DNA from: an uncultured Eubacterium sp.
Lineage (GTDB): Bacteria; Bacillota; Clostridia; Lachnospirales; Lachnospiraceae
Direction: 5' to 3'
DNA: 64,000 nucleotides
Assembly: GCA_964461415.1 (NCBI GenBank)
Contig: CAYWUE010000001.1
Coordinates: forward strand, 13,841 to 77,840
Position numbers and translations under genes: made by a program. Positions 39,523 to 48,770 of this stretch are shown here, in pieces. A model generated the notes under the pieces. That model saw only the letters and a list, made by a program, of their open reading frames with translations, made no database searches and had not been told where the DNA came from. Position 1 is the stretch's first letter, and each line of letters opens with the position of its first letter.

Positions 39523-42500
39523 ATGAATTTTGCACATTTGCATGTCCATACAGAGTATAGTTTGTTGGACGGATCAAGTAAAATAAAAGAAATTACAAAA
39601 AGAGCAAAAGAACTTGGAATGAACAGTCTTGCCATAACAGACCATGGGGTTATGTATGGCTGTATCGATTTTTACAGAGCAGCTTTAGAAAATGGAATAA
39701 AGCCTATAATCGGCTGTGAAGTATATGTTGCACCAGGTTCACGTTTTAATAAGGAGTTAAGTGAGAATGAGGAAAGATATTATCACTTGATTTTGCTTGC
39801 AGAAAATAATAAGGGTTACGAAAATCTTTGCAAAATCGTGTCAAAAGGGTTTGTGGAAGGATTTTATTATAAACCACGAGTAGATTATGAAGTTTTAGAA
39901 CAATTTCATGAAGGCATTATCTGTTTAAGTGCTTGTCTTGCAGGTGAAGTCCAAAAGCATTTGGCAAGAGGTGATTACGAAAAAGGAAAACAGACAGCTT
40001 TAAGATATGAGAGCATATTTGGAAAGGGCAATTATTTTCTTGAAATGCAGGATCATGGAATTGCTGAACAGGCAACTGTTAATCAGCAATTAATGAGATT
40101 GAGTGAGGAATTAGGAATAGATTTGGTTTGTACTAATGACGTTCATTATACTTTTGCAGATGATGTGGAGGCACATGACATTCTTCTTTGTATTCAGACG
40201 GGAAAGAAAAAGGCTGACGAAGACAGAATGCGTTATGAGGGTGGTCAGTATTATTTGAAATCACCAGAGGAAATGCTTAATCTGTTTAGGTATGCTCCAC
40301 AGGCACTTGAAAATACTCAAAAAATTGCAGACAGATGTAATGTTACATTTGAATTTGGTGTAACAAAGCTTCCTAGTTTTCCTGTACCGGACGGTTACAC
40401 ACCATGGACGTATCTTGTAGAATTGTGTAAGAATGGTCTGCATACAAGATATCCGGTTTTTAGGGGAGAACTTGATGAAAATTGTCATTATTCAAAAGAA
40501 GAGCTAGAGGAAAGACTTAGTTACGAATTAAATACCATAAAAAATATGGGATATGTCGAATATTTTCTCATTGTTTGGGATTTTATTCACTATGCTAAAT
40601 CTAATGGCATTGCTGTAGGGCCGGGACGAGGTTCGGCGGCAGGAAGTATTGTCTCGTATTGTCTTGAGATAACGGATATAGAGCCTATGAGATATAGTCT
40701 GCTCTTTGAGAGATTTCTTAATCCTGAGCGAGTATCTATGCCCGATATAGACGTCGATTTTTGTATTGAAAGACGTCAGGAAGTTATTGATTATGTTGGA
40801 AGAAAATATGGTAAGGATCATGTTGCTCAAATTGTAACCTTTGGTACATTAAAAGCAAAAGGTGTGATAAGAGATGTCGGACGTGTTCTTGATATGCCTT
40901 ATGCACAATGTGACGAAATAGCCAAGATGATTCCAAATGAACTAAACATTACCCTAGATGGTGCATTAAAACAAAATAAAGAATTAAGAGATTTGTATGA
41001 AAGTGATGGACAAGTTAAATATCTTATAGATATGTCAAGAAGGTTAGAGGGACTACCAAGACATGCATCTATGCATGCGGCTGGTGTAGTTATTTGCGGA
41101 AAGCCTGTAGATGAATATGTGCCACTTTCAAGGGCAGCAGATGGTTCTGTCACAACTCAGTATATTATGACTACACTAGAGGAACTTGGTCTATTGAAAA
41201 TGGACTTTTTAGGACTTCGCAATCTTACTGTTATCCAAAATGCTCAAAGATTTATTGAGAAGAATCGTGGCGTAAAAATTGATTTGATGAAAATTGATTA
41301 TAATGATAAGAAAGTTTTAGAATATATAGGAACAGGTAATACTGAGGGGATATTTCAGCTTGAAAGCACCGGAATGAAAAACTTTATGAAGGAACTTAAA
41401 CCTCAAAGTCTAGAAGATATTATAGCTGGTATCGCTTTGTATCGTCCTGGACCAATGGATTTTATTCCAAAATATTTAGAGGGAAAAAATAATAGAGAAA
41501 GTGTAGTCTATGACTGTCCACAACTAAAACCTATTCTTGAATCAACCTATGGATGTATAGTTTATCAGGAACAGGTTATGCAGATTGTTAGAGATTTGGC
41601 AGGATATTCTCTTGGAAGAAGTGACCTCTTGCGTAGAGCAATGTCAAAGAAAAAACAGGCTGTAATGGAAAAAGAACGTCAGAGCTTCGTGTATGGAAAT
41701 GAAGAAGAAGGTGTTAATGGCTGTATAAAAAATGGCATAAGTGAAGAAATTGCAAACAAAATCTATGATGAAATGATTGATTTTGCAAAGTACGCATTTA
41801 ATAAATCCCATGCGGCAGCATATGGCGTTGTTGCGTATCAGACAGCTTATTTAAAATATTACTATGCATCAGAATTTATGGCAGCTATGCTTACATCTGT
41901 TATGGATGTGTCCGGGAAAATAGCAGAATATGTTTATTCATGTCGTTCTATGGGAATTGAAATATTGCCACCTGATATTAACGAGGGGGAAAGTGGATTT
42001 TCTGCTAAGGGAAATAGCATAAGATATGGTCTTACTGCAATAAAAAATGTTGGAAAAAATGTTATTGATAACATTGTAGAAGAAAGAGAAAATCATGGAA
42101 AATTCAAGGATTTAGAAGATTTCATTACTAGAACTGCAGGATTAGTAAATAAAAGAGCAATTGAAAACTTCATAAAAGCAGGAGCTTTTGACTCCTTAAA
42201 TGCAACAAGAAAGCAAATGATGATAGTGTATTCTCAAATATTAGATGGTGTATTGAAGGATACAAAGGACAGCTTAGAGGGACAGATGTCTATTTTTGAT
42301 ATGGCAGATGAAAGTACAAAGGAGACCTATAAGATAAAGATGCCTGATGTTGGAGAGTATTCCGATGATGAAAAACTTGCTTATGAAAAAGAAGTAATAG
42401 GAATTTATGCAAGTGGACATCCGCTTCAGGCTCAGGAGGAAAAATGGCGAAAGCATATTACAAATATGTCCATTGATTTTATACAGACCGAAGAAGATGA

Positions 42501-43005
42501 GGAATCAAAAATTCAGGACAAAGCGCAAGTTCAGGTGGGTGGATTAATTACATCCATTACACACAAATATACACGAACCGGACAACAGATGGCATTTATG
42601 ACCTTAGAAGATTTGGTTGGAAACATAGAAATTATAGTATTTCCACGTCAGTTTGAGAGAAACAGAGCAGTACTTGAAGAAGGGAATAAAGTATTTGTGA
42701 ATGGTACGGCAAAAATTGAAGAAAATGATGATGGCAAAGTCCTTGCAAACAGTATTGTGACCTTTGACAATGTACCATCTGAGCTTTGGATAGCTTTCAA
42801 AGACAAAAATGAGTATATAGAAAAGGAGCAGGAATTGCTTAAGCTGTTGCAGGAACATAGAGGTGGAGACAAAGTTATGATAGCTTTGGCAAAGGAACGC
42901 CAGAGAAAAGCATTACCTATAGAATATAGGGTAGATGCAGACAACAACTTTGTAGAACAGCTGAAGAATATATACGGACAGGATTTTGTTAAGTTAATTG
43001 TTTAA
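39523..43005 (+). CDS. dnaE: DNA polymerase III alpha subunit (DnaE)
   Basis: PHP HLHVHTEYSLLDG, GRGSAAGS, MPDIDVDF, KMDFLGL and YAFNKSH motifs. Confidence 0.97.
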   Translation: MNFAHLHVHTEYSLLDGSSKIKEITKRAKELGMNSLAITDHGVMYGCIDFYRAALENGIKPIIGCEVYVAPGSRFNKELSENEERYYHLILLAENNKGYENLCKIVSKGFVEGFYYKPRVDYEVLEQFHEGIICLSACLAGEVQKHLARGDYEKGKQTALRYESIFGKGNYFLEMQDHGIAEQATVNQQLMRLSEELGIDLVCTNDVHYTFADDVEAHDILLCIQTGKKKADEDRMRYEGGQYYLKSPEEMLNLFRYAPQALENTQKIADRCNVTFEFGVTKLPSFPVPDGYTPWTYLVELCKNGLHTRYPVFRGELDENCHYSKEELEERLSYELNTIKNMGYVEYFLIVWDFIHYAKSNGIAVGPGRGSAAGSIVSYCLEITDIEPMRYSLLFERFLNPERVSMPDIDVDFCIERRQEVIDYVGRKYGKDHVAQIVTFGTLKAKGVIRDVGRVLDMPYAQCDEIAKMIPNELNITLDGALKQNKELRDLYESDGQVKYLIDMSRRLEGLPRHASMHAAGVVICGKPVDEYVPLSRAADGSVTTQYIMTTLEELGLLKMDFLGLRNLTVIQNAQRFIEKNRGVKIDLMKIDYNDKKVLEYIGTGNTEGIFQLESTGMKNFMKELKPQSLEDIIAGIALYRPGPMDFIPKYLEGKNNRESVVYDCPQLKPILESTYGCIVYQEQVMQIVRDLAGYSLGRSDLLRRAMSKKKQAVMEKERQSFVYGNEEEGVNGCIKNGISEEIANKIYDEMIDFAKYAFNKSHAAAYGVVAYQTAYLKYYYASEFMAAMLTSVMDVSGKIAEYVYSCRSMGIEILPPDINEGESGFSAKGNSIRYGLTAIKNVGKNVIDNIVEERENHGKFKDLEDFITRTAGLVNKRAIENFIKAGAFDSLNATRKQMMIVYSQILDGVLKDTKDSLEGQMSIFDMADESTKETYKIKMPDVGEYSDDEKLAYEKEVIGIYASGHPLQAQEEKWRKHITNMSIDFIQTEEDEESKIQDKAQVQVGGLITSITHKYTRTGQQMAFMTLEDLVGNIEIIVFPRQFERNRAVLEEGNKVFVNGTAKIEENDDGKVLANSIVTFDNVPSELWIAFKDKNEYIEKEQELLKLLQEHRGGDKVMIALAKERQRKALPIEYRVDADNNFVEQLKNIYGQDFVKLIV

Positions 43006-43016
43006 GGGGAAATAAA

Positions 43017-43784
43017 ATGGTTATTACATCAACATCTAATGAACAGATAAAGAAACTGATTCAAATAAAAGAAAAAGCAAGGACTAGAAAAGCATCAGGA
43101 ACATTTTTTGTAGAAGGCAAAAAAATGTTTGTAGAAATTCCAAAAGAAGACTTAGAAGGTGTTTATGTTTCAGAAACTTTTTTAAAGGAAAACAGTAAAA
43201 TTTTAGATGGAGTGAAATATGTTACTGTAAGTGATTTTGTTTATAAAAAGATTTCAGACACTGTTACGCCACAGGGTATTGCTGCTATTGTCAAGCAGAA
43301 ATCCTATAGTGTAGATTACATAATAAATCATAGGAGCAAGGACAAAAGCTGCATCGTAGTTCTAGACAGGCTTCAAGACCCTGGAAATATGGGAACAATT
43401 GTCAGAACAGGAGAGGCAGCAGGTATATCAGGAATTATAATGAGCAATGATAGTGCTGATATTTACAATCCAAAAGTAATCCGTTCAACAATGGGTTCTA
43501 TATTCAGAGTACCTTTTGCTATTGTGGATGACTTAGGAACAGCAGTTGATAAGCTAAAAGAAAATGGTATAACTACTTATGCAGCACATCTAAAAGGTGA
43601 GGTGTATAATTCAAATGGTCTTGATAGTCACTGTGCCTTGCTAATAGGCAATGAGGCGAATGGCCTAAGCGATGATATTTCTAAAAGAGCCGACAAGCTT
43701 ATAAAAATACCAATGAGTGGCAAAGTTGAATCTTTAAATGCAGCAGTTGCAACAGCCATTTTAATGTACGAGGCAGCAAAGTAA
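43017..43784 (+). CDS. TrmH/SpoU family RNA methyltransferase
   Basis: QDPGNMGTIVR, GNEANGL and ESLNAAVA SPOUT motifs. Confidence 0.92.
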   Translation: MVITSTSNEQIKKLIQIKEKARTRKASGTFFVEGKKMFVEIPKEDLEGVYVSETFLKENSKILDGVKYVTVSDFVYKKISDTVTPQGIAAIVKQKSYSVDYIINHRSKDKSCIVVLDRLQDPGNMGTIVRTGEAAGISGIIMSNDSADIYNPKVIRSTMGSIFRVPFAIVDDLGTAVDKLKENGITTYAAHLKGEVYNSNGLDSHCALLIGNEANGLSDDISKRADKLIKIPMSGKVESLNAAVATAILMYEAAK

Positions 43785-43793
43785 AAAATAGTA

Positions 43794-43867
43794 AAAAGCC
43801 ATGGAACATATAAGTCTGTATCTGACAATAGTGTGTCAGGTACAGGCTTATATGTCCCATGGCTTTT
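43794..43867. repeat. 34-bp near-perfect inverted repeat between convergent genes
   Basis: AAAAGCCATGGAACATATAAGTCTGTATCTGACA, 6-nt loop, then the complementary arm with 2 G:U pairs and 1 mismatch. Confidence 0.8.
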
Positions 43868-43943
43868 ATTATAGGAATTGTTATTTTATGTTCTTAATAA
43901 AACAAAAAGGCTCCTGACAGAACCTTTTTGCATAGTTATATAT

Positions 43944-44663
43944 TTATAACTGAGCTAGTGTTTCGATTGCCTCGGTTGGAATGATTTCGTCAAAGTGTTC
44001 TAGGTAGAAGAACTCCTTGGCATAAGATGGGTTTTCGCGTACCCCATGTTCCGTTAAGGTACTGAATATGCGATTGATGCGATTATCATCAATAGATGCC
44101 ATACATAATGATAGATAATATTTATCATTAAAAGGAGACTTGTAAACTGAACTTTCACCTTCAAACAGAGGTAAAAGAATCTTTGAAACAGTAATTATCT
44201 GGCTCAAATTATCAAATATATAAGTGCTGTACAATATAGAATTTTCATTGTCTTCATTCTTATCATCAGAGGAAGCATCCGTTTTTTGGGCTTCCATATC
44301 GTTATCAATTTCCTCAAAATCAGTAAGATTCATTTCAATATCTTCTAGATGAGAAAGAAGTCCTTCTTTCATTTCCTTAGAAAAGAATTTTGATAGATGT
44401 TCTTCAGTCTGTGATGGATTGTCTACTTTTGTAATGACAAGGACGATTGTTTCCGGCGAAACAGGTATTGCCTCTACCATCAGTGGGATATCATTGACTT
44501 CAAAACCAAAATCTTCATTAGCCTGCTGCATCATATCCTGAAAAAGCTCTCGTGTTTTTCCGGTGCCATAAGCTAATTCGCTTAATTTTATATTGCGGTC
44601 GGCTAAATCTTCCTTACTTAGAGTGCAACGAATCTGATTGTCATTGATTTTTTCAATTTTCAT
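43944..44663 (-). CDS. mecA: ClpC adaptor protein MecA
   Basis: MKIEKINDNQIRCTLSKEDL N-terminus; C-terminal EHG...EH...AIETL; RBS GAGGTG. Confidence 0.88.
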   Translation of the reverse strand: MKIEKINDNQIRCTLSKEDLADRNIKLSELAYGTGKTRELFQDMMQQANEDFGFEVNDIPLMVEAIPVSPETIVLVITKVDNPSQTEEHLSKFFSKEMKEGLLSHLEDIEMNLTDFEEIDNDMEAQKTDASSDDKNEDNENSILYSTYIFDNLSQIITVSKILLPLFEGESSVYKSPFNDKYYLSLCMASIDDNRINRIFSTLTEHGVRENPSYAKEFFYLEHFDEIIPTEAIETLAQL

Positions 44664-44934
44664 AAAAATCACCTCGCTGTTATTAGATTCGTATATAAGA
44701 ATAAAAAATCATTCTCATTAATAGTATATCCAATATATCAAATAGTGTAAAGTTAATAAAATTGTAAAATATTACAAAAAATTCTGTTTAATCTGCTTGA
44801 TTGGCAAAATTGAATTTCCAATCCGAACAATTATAAAAAATTATTTTTAATATAATATATATACGATAAAAATGTCTAAAATATTACAATATTTTGAAAA
44901 TTAGAAGATAATAAGAAAAAGAAGATATAACATC

Positions 44935-44982
44935 TTGACAGTTAACCTAAACTAGGTTAAAAAATGAAAATATAAGAGGTTA
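44935..44982 (+). promoter_or_regulatory. Promoter with palindromic operator upstream of the XRE pseudogene
   Basis: TTGACA (44935) followed directly by TTAACCTA-AAC-TAGGTTAA; an extra AGGTTAA half-site downstream. Confidence 0.6.
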
Positions 44983-45012
44983 ATCATAATATGTGCAATG
45001 AGGAGGGTAGTT

Positions 45013-45158
45013 ACGTCATATACGAAATTTGGAGAATATGTAAGAATATTGAGAATTAAAAATCATGAAGTGATGGGGGATATGGCAAGAGTACTAGGTG
45101 CATCATTATCTTTTTGTCTGCCGTAGAAAATGGCAAGAAGAATGTTCCAATGGATTGA
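45013..45158 (+). pseudogene. XRE-family HTH regulator pseudogene
   Basis: After RBS AGGAGG the start codon reads ACG. Reconstructed (M)SYTKFGEYVRILRIKNHEVMGDMARVLGASLSF/LSAVENGKKNVPMD*, with a 1-nt deletion in a T run and a TGA stop; not in the ORF track. Confidence 0.75.
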
Positions 45159-45194
45159 CTATTATCCTTATAAAAAGAGGAAGTGAGGCATGTA

Positions 45195-45548
45195 ATGAAA
45201 TATAAGAGAATAGGTTTTTATAGAGAAATGTCAAGTGGTAGAGAAACAGACGATTCCATATTTGATAACGTTGATAAGCAAGGGAATGATATGATTTTGA
45301 AGATATGCAAGTATCTCGAGAGTGGAATTCTTATAGTTATATCTCCAGGTGGTGTTGAAGATATTATAGATTCGAATAATGGTATTATAGCAACGCCGAG
45401 TCTATATACAGATGGTAAATGGATATGGCCAGAAGAATTGAGCTATTATGTGAAAAACTATAAACTAAAGCTACCACAAGAGTTTGTTAATTACATGATT
45501 AGCAATGATTGGAAGATAAATTTTTCGGGGGGAAAATTTAGAGTTTGA
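45195..45548 (+). CDS. Hypothetical protein (possible polymorphic-toxin immunity-like)
   Basis: YL.SG...SPG...D...TDGKWIWP..L.YYV..Y.L.LP.EF pattern; function is inferred only. Confidence 0.55.
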   Translation: MKYKRIGFYREMSSGRETDDSIFDNVDKQGNDMILKICKYLESGILIVISPGGVEDIIDSNNGIIATPSLYTDGKWIWPEELSYYVKNYKLKLPQEFVNYMISNDWKINFSGGKFRV

Positions 45549-45603
45549 AAATATAGAAATTGATTAATAAAGTATAAAACATATAAAGTAAAGCTGAAAA
45601 TTG

Positions 45604-45632
45604 TTGAAAAACACAATCAATAAGAGTATAAT
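45604..45632 (+). promoter_or_regulatory. SigA-type promoter of a putative ncRNA
   Basis: TTGAAA-17 nt-TATAAT. Confidence 0.7.
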
Positions 45633-45639
45633 ACGTATT

Positions 45640-45800
45640 AAGATAATATACAAAGAGGAAATGTCATACTAATAATAACTGTTTTGATTAATATATATCA
45701 CAGAGGCATTGACCGCCTATTTAGTTAAAACAGAATATATTATTACGGAGTTTCCCCAATAATGTGAGAAAGAGTCATAATTTTATGGCTCTTTTGTTTT
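45640..45800 (+). ncRNA. Putative stand-alone structured ncRNA (family unassigned)
   Basis: Own promoter and terminator; nested stems GGAAAU/GUUUCC, UAAUAAUA/UAUUAUUA and CUGUUUUGAUUAA/UUAGUUAAAACAG; inner AGGC/GCCU hairpin; no meaningful ORF. Confidence 0.6.
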
Positions 45801-45801
45801 T
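45769..45801 (+). terminator. Intrinsic terminator of the putative ncRNA
   Basis: AAAGAGTCATAA/TTATGGCTCTTT followed by TGTTTTT. Confidence 0.75.
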
Positions 45802-45848
45802 GATGTGTTATCATATACCGTAGAATTACTCAGTGGAGGTAGGACGAA

Positions 45849-47660
45849 TTGAAAAAAATTATTGAAAGATTATTGATAGTTGCAACCCTGATTATAACGA
45901 TTCTTATGACAACAGGTTGTGACATGTTTATAAAAACAAATAAAGGTCATGTAGATTTGAAATGGTATATGGGACTAACCTATGAAGATGAAGATGGCAA
46001 TGATAAGAATTATACAATTGAAACAGAGGGGACAATAGCAGCAGTAGCATTAGAAGACGAGTATGCAAAGGAATTTGCTATAATAAAAGATGATTATGCA
46101 TATCTAAGCATAGACACTGTGGCTCAATATATTGATAAAAGATTTTATGAAGATAGTAAGAACGAACTGCTTATATTTACAGACGCTACAAAAATATATA
46201 AAACAAAAATAGGAAATAACACAATTAATGAAACAGAAGAAATGGATTATGTTATTTCTTTCATAGAAGATAATAAGTGTTATGTAAATCTTGAATTCGT
46301 TAAAAAGTTTGTTGATTTTAATTATAAGATTGTTAAAGAAAAGGATATAGATCTTGCGATTGTTGTTTTAGACTATACATCAAGAGACAAAGAACAGATG
46401 ACTGTAAGTAAGAACATTGAAATGCGTACGAAACAGGATTATCTTAATCTTATTGTTACTACTTTGAAAAAGAATACAAAGGTAACTGTTTTAGAAGTGA
46501 GTGGAGACTGGACTAAGGTAGCAACTGATGATGGCTATATAGGATATGTACCTTCTAAGAAATTAAAAGACAGCGAGACTGTAAAAGTTGAATACAAGTC
46601 AGATAAGGATACATATACTCATGTTTTGTTAGATGAAAAAGTAAGCCTTGGATGGAATTCAATTTCAAATCTTAGTGCAAATTCAGGTTTGGCAGATATT
46701 GTTAAAAACACAAAAGGTCTTAATGTTATTTCACCGACATGGTATTCTTTATCAGACAATAAGGGCAACTTAAGTTCTTTAGCATCAGAAACCTATGTTG
46801 AACAGGCACATGGCATGGGACTTGATGTTTGGGCGCTTGTTAATGATTTTGGAAGTCAAGATAAAAAAAGTAGGGAATATACAAAAAAAGTGTTAACAGA
46901 CACTTCTAAGAGAGAGAATCTTGTTAATAACATAATGGCAAATATTAGAGATTACAATCTTGATGGTATAAATATTGATTTTGAGTTTATTAATGAAGAA
47001 ATAGCTGATAGTTATTTACAGTTTTTGAGAGAGCTTTCTGTGGAATGTCGAAAAGCAAAAAAAGTACTTTCAATAGACAATTATGCGCCATCTTCAGGAA
47101 CTGACTATTATGACAGAGAGCAGCAGGCTATGCTGGCAGATTATATTGTAGTAATGAGTTATGACGAACATTATGCAGGAGATGACAGCGCAGGTTCTGT
47201 GGCTTCAATGACTTTTACGGAAAAATCAATTACAGATACAATTGAGCAGACAAAAGATGCTTCAAGAGTGATTAATGGAATGCCATTTTATACCAGAGCA
47301 TGGATAATGACACCTGAGAATAGCGATGAGGAAGGTGGAAACAGTTCAAAAGATGGCGTGTATGTAGAAGATAAAATAAATGGAAGCTATTTCCTTACAA
47401 GCCAGGCAATTACAATGGATGTAGCAAAGGATTTGTATAAAAAAGCAGGAGCAAAACCTACATATGATACGACAACAGGTCAGAATTTTGTATCATATCA
47501 GAAAGGTGAGAGTACGGTAAGCATCTGGTTAGAAGATGAAACATCAGTAAAGGCACGACTTGAGTTGATGAAAAAATATGAACTTGGTGGTGTTGCATAC
47601 TGGAGGCTTGGACAGGAATCAGATTCTATATGGAAAACAATCGCACCATATTTTGAATAA
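45849..47660 (+). CDS. GH18 glycosyl hydrolase lipoprotein with SH3b domain
   Basis: Lipobox TTGC; SH3b (WTKVATDDGYIGYV); catalytic DGINIDFE; MSYDEH; YWRLGQE. Confidence 0.88.
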   Translation: MKKIIERLLIVATLIITILMTTGCDMFIKTNKGHVDLKWYMGLTYEDEDGNDKNYTIETEGTIAAVALEDEYAKEFAIIKDDYAYLSIDTVAQYIDKRFYEDSKNELLIFTDATKIYKTKIGNNTINETEEMDYVISFIEDNKCYVNLEFVKKFVDFNYKIVKEKDIDLAIVVLDYTSRDKEQMTVSKNIEMRTKQDYLNLIVTTLKKNTKVTVLEVSGDWTKVATDDGYIGYVPSKKLKDSETVKVEYKSDKDTYTHVLLDEKVSLGWNSISNLSANSGLADIVKNTKGLNVISPTWYSLSDNKGNLSSLASETYVEQAHGMGLDVWALVNDFGSQDKKSREYTKKVLTDTSKRENLVNNIMANIRDYNLDGINIDFEFINEEIADSYLQFLRELSVECRKAKKVLSIDNYAPSSGTDYYDREQQAMLADYIVVMSYDEHYAGDDSAGSVASMTFTEKSITDTIEQTKDASRVINGMPFYTRAWIMTPENSDEEGGNSSKDGVYVEDKINGSYFLTSQAITMDVAKDLYKKAGAKPTYDTTTGQNFVSYQKGESTVSIWLEDETSVKARLELMKKYELGGVAYWRLGQESDSIWKTIAPYFE

Positions 47661-47688
47661 AATGCAATGAGAGGTTGTGGTTGAATAA

Positions 47689-48153
47689 ATGGAAAATAAA
47701 ACAAAGTTTATGAAAGAAGCTATTAAGCAGGCAAAAAAAGCTGCACACATAGGTGAGGTTCCAATCGGCTGCGTAATAGTTTATGAAGGAAAAATTATAG
47801 GTCGTGGATATAATCGACGAATGATTGATAAAAACACATTATCTCATGCAGAGTTAAATGCCATAAAGAAAGCTAGCAAAAAAGTAGACGATTGGCGTTT
47901 GGATAACTGTGAATTATATGTGACTACAGAGCCTTGCCAGATGTGTGCAGGGGCCATAGTTCAGGCAAGAATAAAAAAAGTATATATAGGCTGCATGAAT
48001 CCTAAAGCCGGATGTGCCGGTTCTATAATGAATTTGCTTCAGGTAGACAGATTTAATCATCAGGTTGAAATAGAAAACGGGATAATGGAAGAGGAATGTA
48101 GTAACCTGTTAAAAGATTTTTTTAGAAATCTTCGAAAAGCACAAAATAAATAA
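47689..48153 (+). CDS. tadA: tRNA adenosine(34) deaminase
   Basis: GEVPIGC, HAE and EPCQMCAGA motifs. Confidence 0.93.
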   Translation: MENKTKFMKEAIKQAKKAAHIGEVPIGCVIVYEGKIIGRGYNRRMIDKNTLSHAELNAIKKASKKVDDWRLDNCELYVTTEPCQMCAGAIVQARIKKVYIGCMNPKAGCAGSIMNLLQVDRFNHQVEIENGIMEEECSNLLKDFFRNLRKAQNK

Positions 48154-48163
48154 AAATTCTTTG

Positions 48164-48192
48164 TTGACAAAGAAAAAATGTATGGGTATACT
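48164..48192 (+). promoter_or_regulatory. Promoter of the SRP RNA
   Basis: TTGACA-17-TATACT. Confidence 0.75.
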
Positions 48193-48237
48193 TTAGTTCT
48201 GACTGACAATAGTCAGTAATAAATATGTTATAACACT

Positions 48238-48500
48238 TCCGCGCAGCCGGGAAGATAGCGGCGTCCTGTACCTGCAATCCGCTACAGCAGGGGTGATGGT
48301 CGGCCTCGGGTATATTTTGTAGGGCTGCCCTTTGTAAGTGATGTTGACGTTTGGGTCTTATGCAATGAAAACCTGTGAATCGTGTCAGGTCAGGAATGAA
48401 GCAGCACTAAGCAGACCATTTCATGTGACATGAGGGAGCCTAAGCCGAGTTAACTGTGAAGGTAACGCTTATGGAATATTCACAAAGCAGATCGCGCGGA
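48238..48500 (+). ncRNA. ffs: Large (Alu-containing) bacterial SRP RNA
   Basis: Terminal pairing TCCGCGC/GCGCGGA; Alu-like 5' GGGAAGATAGCGG...CCGCTA; domain IV TCAGGTCAGGAATGAAGCAGC; tadA-ffs-dnaX synteny. Confidence 0.93.
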
Positions 48501-48502
48501 TT

Positions 48503-48535
48503 AAAAAAGAAGTTCAAAAATGAACTTCTTTTTTA
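48503..48535 (+). terminator. Terminator of the SRP RNA
   Basis: AAAAAAGAAGTTCA/TGAACTTCTTTTTT. Confidence 0.8.
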
Positions 48536-48770
48536 TATGCTGTTTTATATTGATAGTAAGCCACAGATAAATTATATTATGTCCCTGTGACTTGTCATAA
48601 AAGTAAAATGAGTAAGTTAAGCGAAATTAGCAAATCGGCATCTGGTAAAATTTATTGCTTGTAACAGATAATTATTTATTATATAATGATTTCCAAAGGT
48701 GTAAAAAGAGAAAAGTGGTGAAAAAAATCTACCACTTTAAGCGAAAGTCGTAAGAAGTAAAGGAGAAGTT

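Noticed and set aside
45661-45672. Mini-ORF ATG TCA TAC TAA after GAGGAA inside the putative ncRNA
   Set aside because: The SD-like sequence abuts the ATG and forms part of the outer stem; only 3 codons.
45640-45800. 6S RNA as the identity of the putative ncRNA
   Set aside because: The structured core is only about 100 nt and lacks a large symmetric central bubble between two long helices; not fully excluded without an Infernal search.
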